This document shows, piece after piece, positions 61,737 through 64,000 of a DNA stretch of 64,000 nt. Source of the DNA: Schizochytrium sp. TIO01 (lineage: Eukaryota; Protista; Bigyra: Labyrinthulomycetes); the NCBI GenBank assembly GCA_004764695.1, contig SMSO01000036.1, positions 682,001 through 746,000 on the forward strand. The letters run 5' to 3'. Within the stretch, counting starts at the first letter, position 1. The number at the start of each line of letters is the position of its first letter. A program made the position numbers and the translations under genes. The notes beneath the pieces are model-generated. The model was not told the origin of the DNA, made no database searches, and saw nothing but the letters and a program-made list of their open reading frames with translations.

Positions 61737-63377
61737 ATGGTGCTCGTAAAGCTGACAAACCGGGTTTCGGCCTTGCTTATTCTGGTGATCACGCTCCTTG
61801 CGTGCGCCAATTTGGGATATGCCGAAGACGTAGATTGCATCGAAAAGTATAAAGATGAATCTGCGTGTAATGCTGATAGCTCTTGTGTGTGGTGCAAGGC
61901 TAAGGCGATTCCTTCTGAATGCCTCACCCTGGATCAATCAAAGATGGTGCCGCCTGGTGTTTTCATCTGTGACTCTAAGAGCTCTGAGGAAGACAAGTCT
62001 TCGAGCTCTTCCTCTACAAAGGGATTTCTCGACGTCAAACGAGATACCAGCCGTCTCAAGAGCTCTTTCCGTAAACCCAGCAGTGGTGTTCGTATGGAGC
62101 GTAGTCTCAAGATCGCCGAAGACTTCTGCGACCCTTCTGTTCGTCAGGTGACAGGTTACTTCCGCCTGCCAGAGGCCAACAAACACTACTTCTTCTGGTT
62201 CTTCGAAAGTCGCAACGACCCTGCTAACGACCCAGTGATCCTCTGGCTTACTGGTGGTCCAGGGTGCTCTTCTTCGCTCGCTCTTCTTGTAGAAAATGGT
62301 CCCTGCAAGGTCAACAGTGATGGAACAGGCACCGTCATCAACCCTTACTCTTGGAACGCAAACGCATCTGTCATCTTCGTCGACAGCCCTCCTGGCACTG
62401 GCTGGTCGTATGGCACCCCAGACTTTTCTGAGAAAAAAGTGGGTCAGGATCTCAATCTATTCTTGCGTGAGTTCTTTGAGAAGTACAGCAGCTTTGCTGA
62501 CCGTGACTTTTACATCTTCGCGGAGAGCTATGGTGGAAAGTGGGCTCCGCACACAGCATCTGCGGTGAACGATGCAAACAAGGTCCTCAGCGCTGGTGAG
62601 AAGCCCATTAACCTGAAGGGTGTTGGCATTGGCAATGGTCTTACCAACCCGGAGGAGCAGGTCCGCTGGTACGCCGATATGGCGTATAACAGTGGCACCG
62701 CCCCGTCTCGTATTGGTAAGACTGAGTACACTTTGTTAAAGAATGTAGCAACCCCTGTGGCATATGCTGCTACCAAAGCGTGCAACACCATTGGAACCTT
62801 CCCTATATGCCAAGCTGCCCAAGAAGCTTGGACAATGGGTCTGATGCTTCCTTTTGCTGCCACTGGATACAACCACTATGACATGCGCATTAAGTGTGAG
62901 GTGCCAGGTTTGTGCTACAATTTTACCTCTGTCTCGGACTTTCTCAATCGCGAAGATGTGCAGGAGGCTTTGGGTGTTGATAAAGCTTGGACAGAATGTG
63001 ATCGCACTACTGCACTAGAGTTTGCTGGCCAAGAAATGCGTAATGTGGACTACTTAATCCCGCAGCTCTTAGAGGATGGCATTAATGTTATGCTTTACGC
63101 TGGTGACTGTGACTACATCTGCAATTGGATTGGCAACAAAGCCTGGGCTGTTAAAATGGAATGGCCTGGTCGTGACAACTTTGCAAATGCTGTAGATAAC
63201 GACTACATGTTTGAGGGAAAGTCTGTTGGCAAGATCCGTTCTTACCGCGCGGCTGATGGTCAGGGCGCATTTAGCTTCCTTCAAATTCATGAAGCAGGCC
63301 ACATGGTGCCCCTCGATCAGCCTGAGGTAGCACTGCACATGGTGCGCGAATTCACTCTTCCCGCAAACAGCAAGTAA
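61737..63377 (+). CDS. Serine carboxypeptidase, peptidase family S10 (carboxypeptidase Y-like), with signal peptide
   Basis: HYFFWFFESRNDPANDPVILWLTGGPGCSS, catalytic Ser in FAESYGG, GIGNGLT, Asp in YAGDCDYICNWIG, His in EAGHMVPLDQP. Hydrophobic N-terminus. Confidence 0.97.
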   Translation: MVLVKLTNRVSALLILVITLLACANLGYAEDVDCIEKYKDESACNADSSCVWCKAKAIPSECLTLDQSKMVPPGVFICDSKSSEEDKSSSSSSTKGFLDVKRDTSRLKSSFRKPSSGVRMERSLKIAEDFCDPSVRQVTGYFRLPEANKHYFFWFFESRNDPANDPVILWLTGGPGCSSSLALLVENGPCKVNSDGTGTVINPYSWNANASVIFVDSPPGTGWSYGTPDFSEKKVGQDLNLFLREFFEKYSSFADRDFYIFAESYGGKWAPHTASAVNDANKVLSAGEKPINLKGVGIGNGLTNPEEQVRWYADMAYNSGTAPSRIGKTEYTLLKNVATPVAYAATKACNTIGTFPICQAAQEAWTMGLMLPFAATGYNHYDMRIKCEVPGLCYNFTSVSDFLNREDVQEALGVDKAWTECDRTTALEFAGQEMRNVDYLIPQLLEDGINVMLYAGDCDYICNWIGNKAWAVKMEWPGRDNFANAVDNDYMFEGKSVGKIRSYRAADGQGAFSFLQIHEAGHMVPLDQPEVALHMVREFTLPANSK

Positions 63378-63749
63378 ACAGAATCAGGTTCAGTCTTAGT
63401 TGTAAAACATACATGCTATCCTAGTTCCCGTGAGCTGGTGCCATTTACGCCAACTGCCAAGAGCTCATATCCCACTTTTCTTCTTTACAAATCATTTTCT
63501 AGTGTTGTGCTTGATACGCATGCTTGCAGGCATTTTGCCAGGACAGATTAACATATAATCATCATTTCCTCTTTGTTTCCTTTCCCCGTTCCCCTTCCGA
63601 AGGTCTTCCCGGTCTCCTTTTTAGGGAGGCATAGTAGAAAGAAAATAGAAATAAGTTACTTATATCTATCTACGTTCTTTATGACATTATCATTTTGGTT
63701 CTTGTTCTGTAATAATTCAGGCTCTGTGATTTGCGGATTTGTTTTTGGG

Positions 63750-63800
63750 TACTGCTACTACTAGTAGTATTACTACTACTATTACTACTACTACTACTAC
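63750..63800. repeat. (TAC)n microsatellite
   Basis: Directly visible. Confidence 0.9.
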
Positions 63801-64000
63801 AGTAGTATAATATAGCGACCTATCAGTAGTAACTACGTAAAAATGGGGAAAAAAATTTAACGTGAAGGCAGGGTATCTACTGATGATCGACTTTAAAAAA
63901 TAAAATCAGAACAATGTCAAAAGACTAAGAGAAGCTTTGCTGATGCCAAACAAAGCTCGATTCTTGGGCGTTCAACGATAATGTCCGAATCCAATGATGC

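Overview
Eukaryotic protist DNA. It has short GT-AG introns with CTAAC/CTAAT branch points, a flagellar gene and microsatellite-rich intergenic DNA, and most resembles a thraustochytrid stramenopile (inference, not verified). Six protein genes are supported: a rho-class-like glutathione S-transferase (2 coding exons), a cyclin D-like cyclin, a divergent polycystin-2/TRPP-like channel, RPS14 (uS11), CFAP251/WDR66 (3 exons) and an S10 serine carboxypeptidase. The main anomaly is a ~39-kb region (11,956-51,210) with no credible ORF, lying between the divergently oriented cyclin and channel genes. From about 13 to 45 kb it is modular: GC-rich islands dense in hairpins alternate with poly(A)/poly(T) linkers carrying GGTACC/CTAG palindromes. 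G-U pairs in the stems mostly work on the + strand, suggesting an array of structured non-coding transcripts. A separate ~575-nt, almost fully structured minus-strand element with box C/D-like ends and a two-site pseudoknot option lies just downstream of RPS14. All RNA structures were paired by eye and need computational and transcript confirmation.
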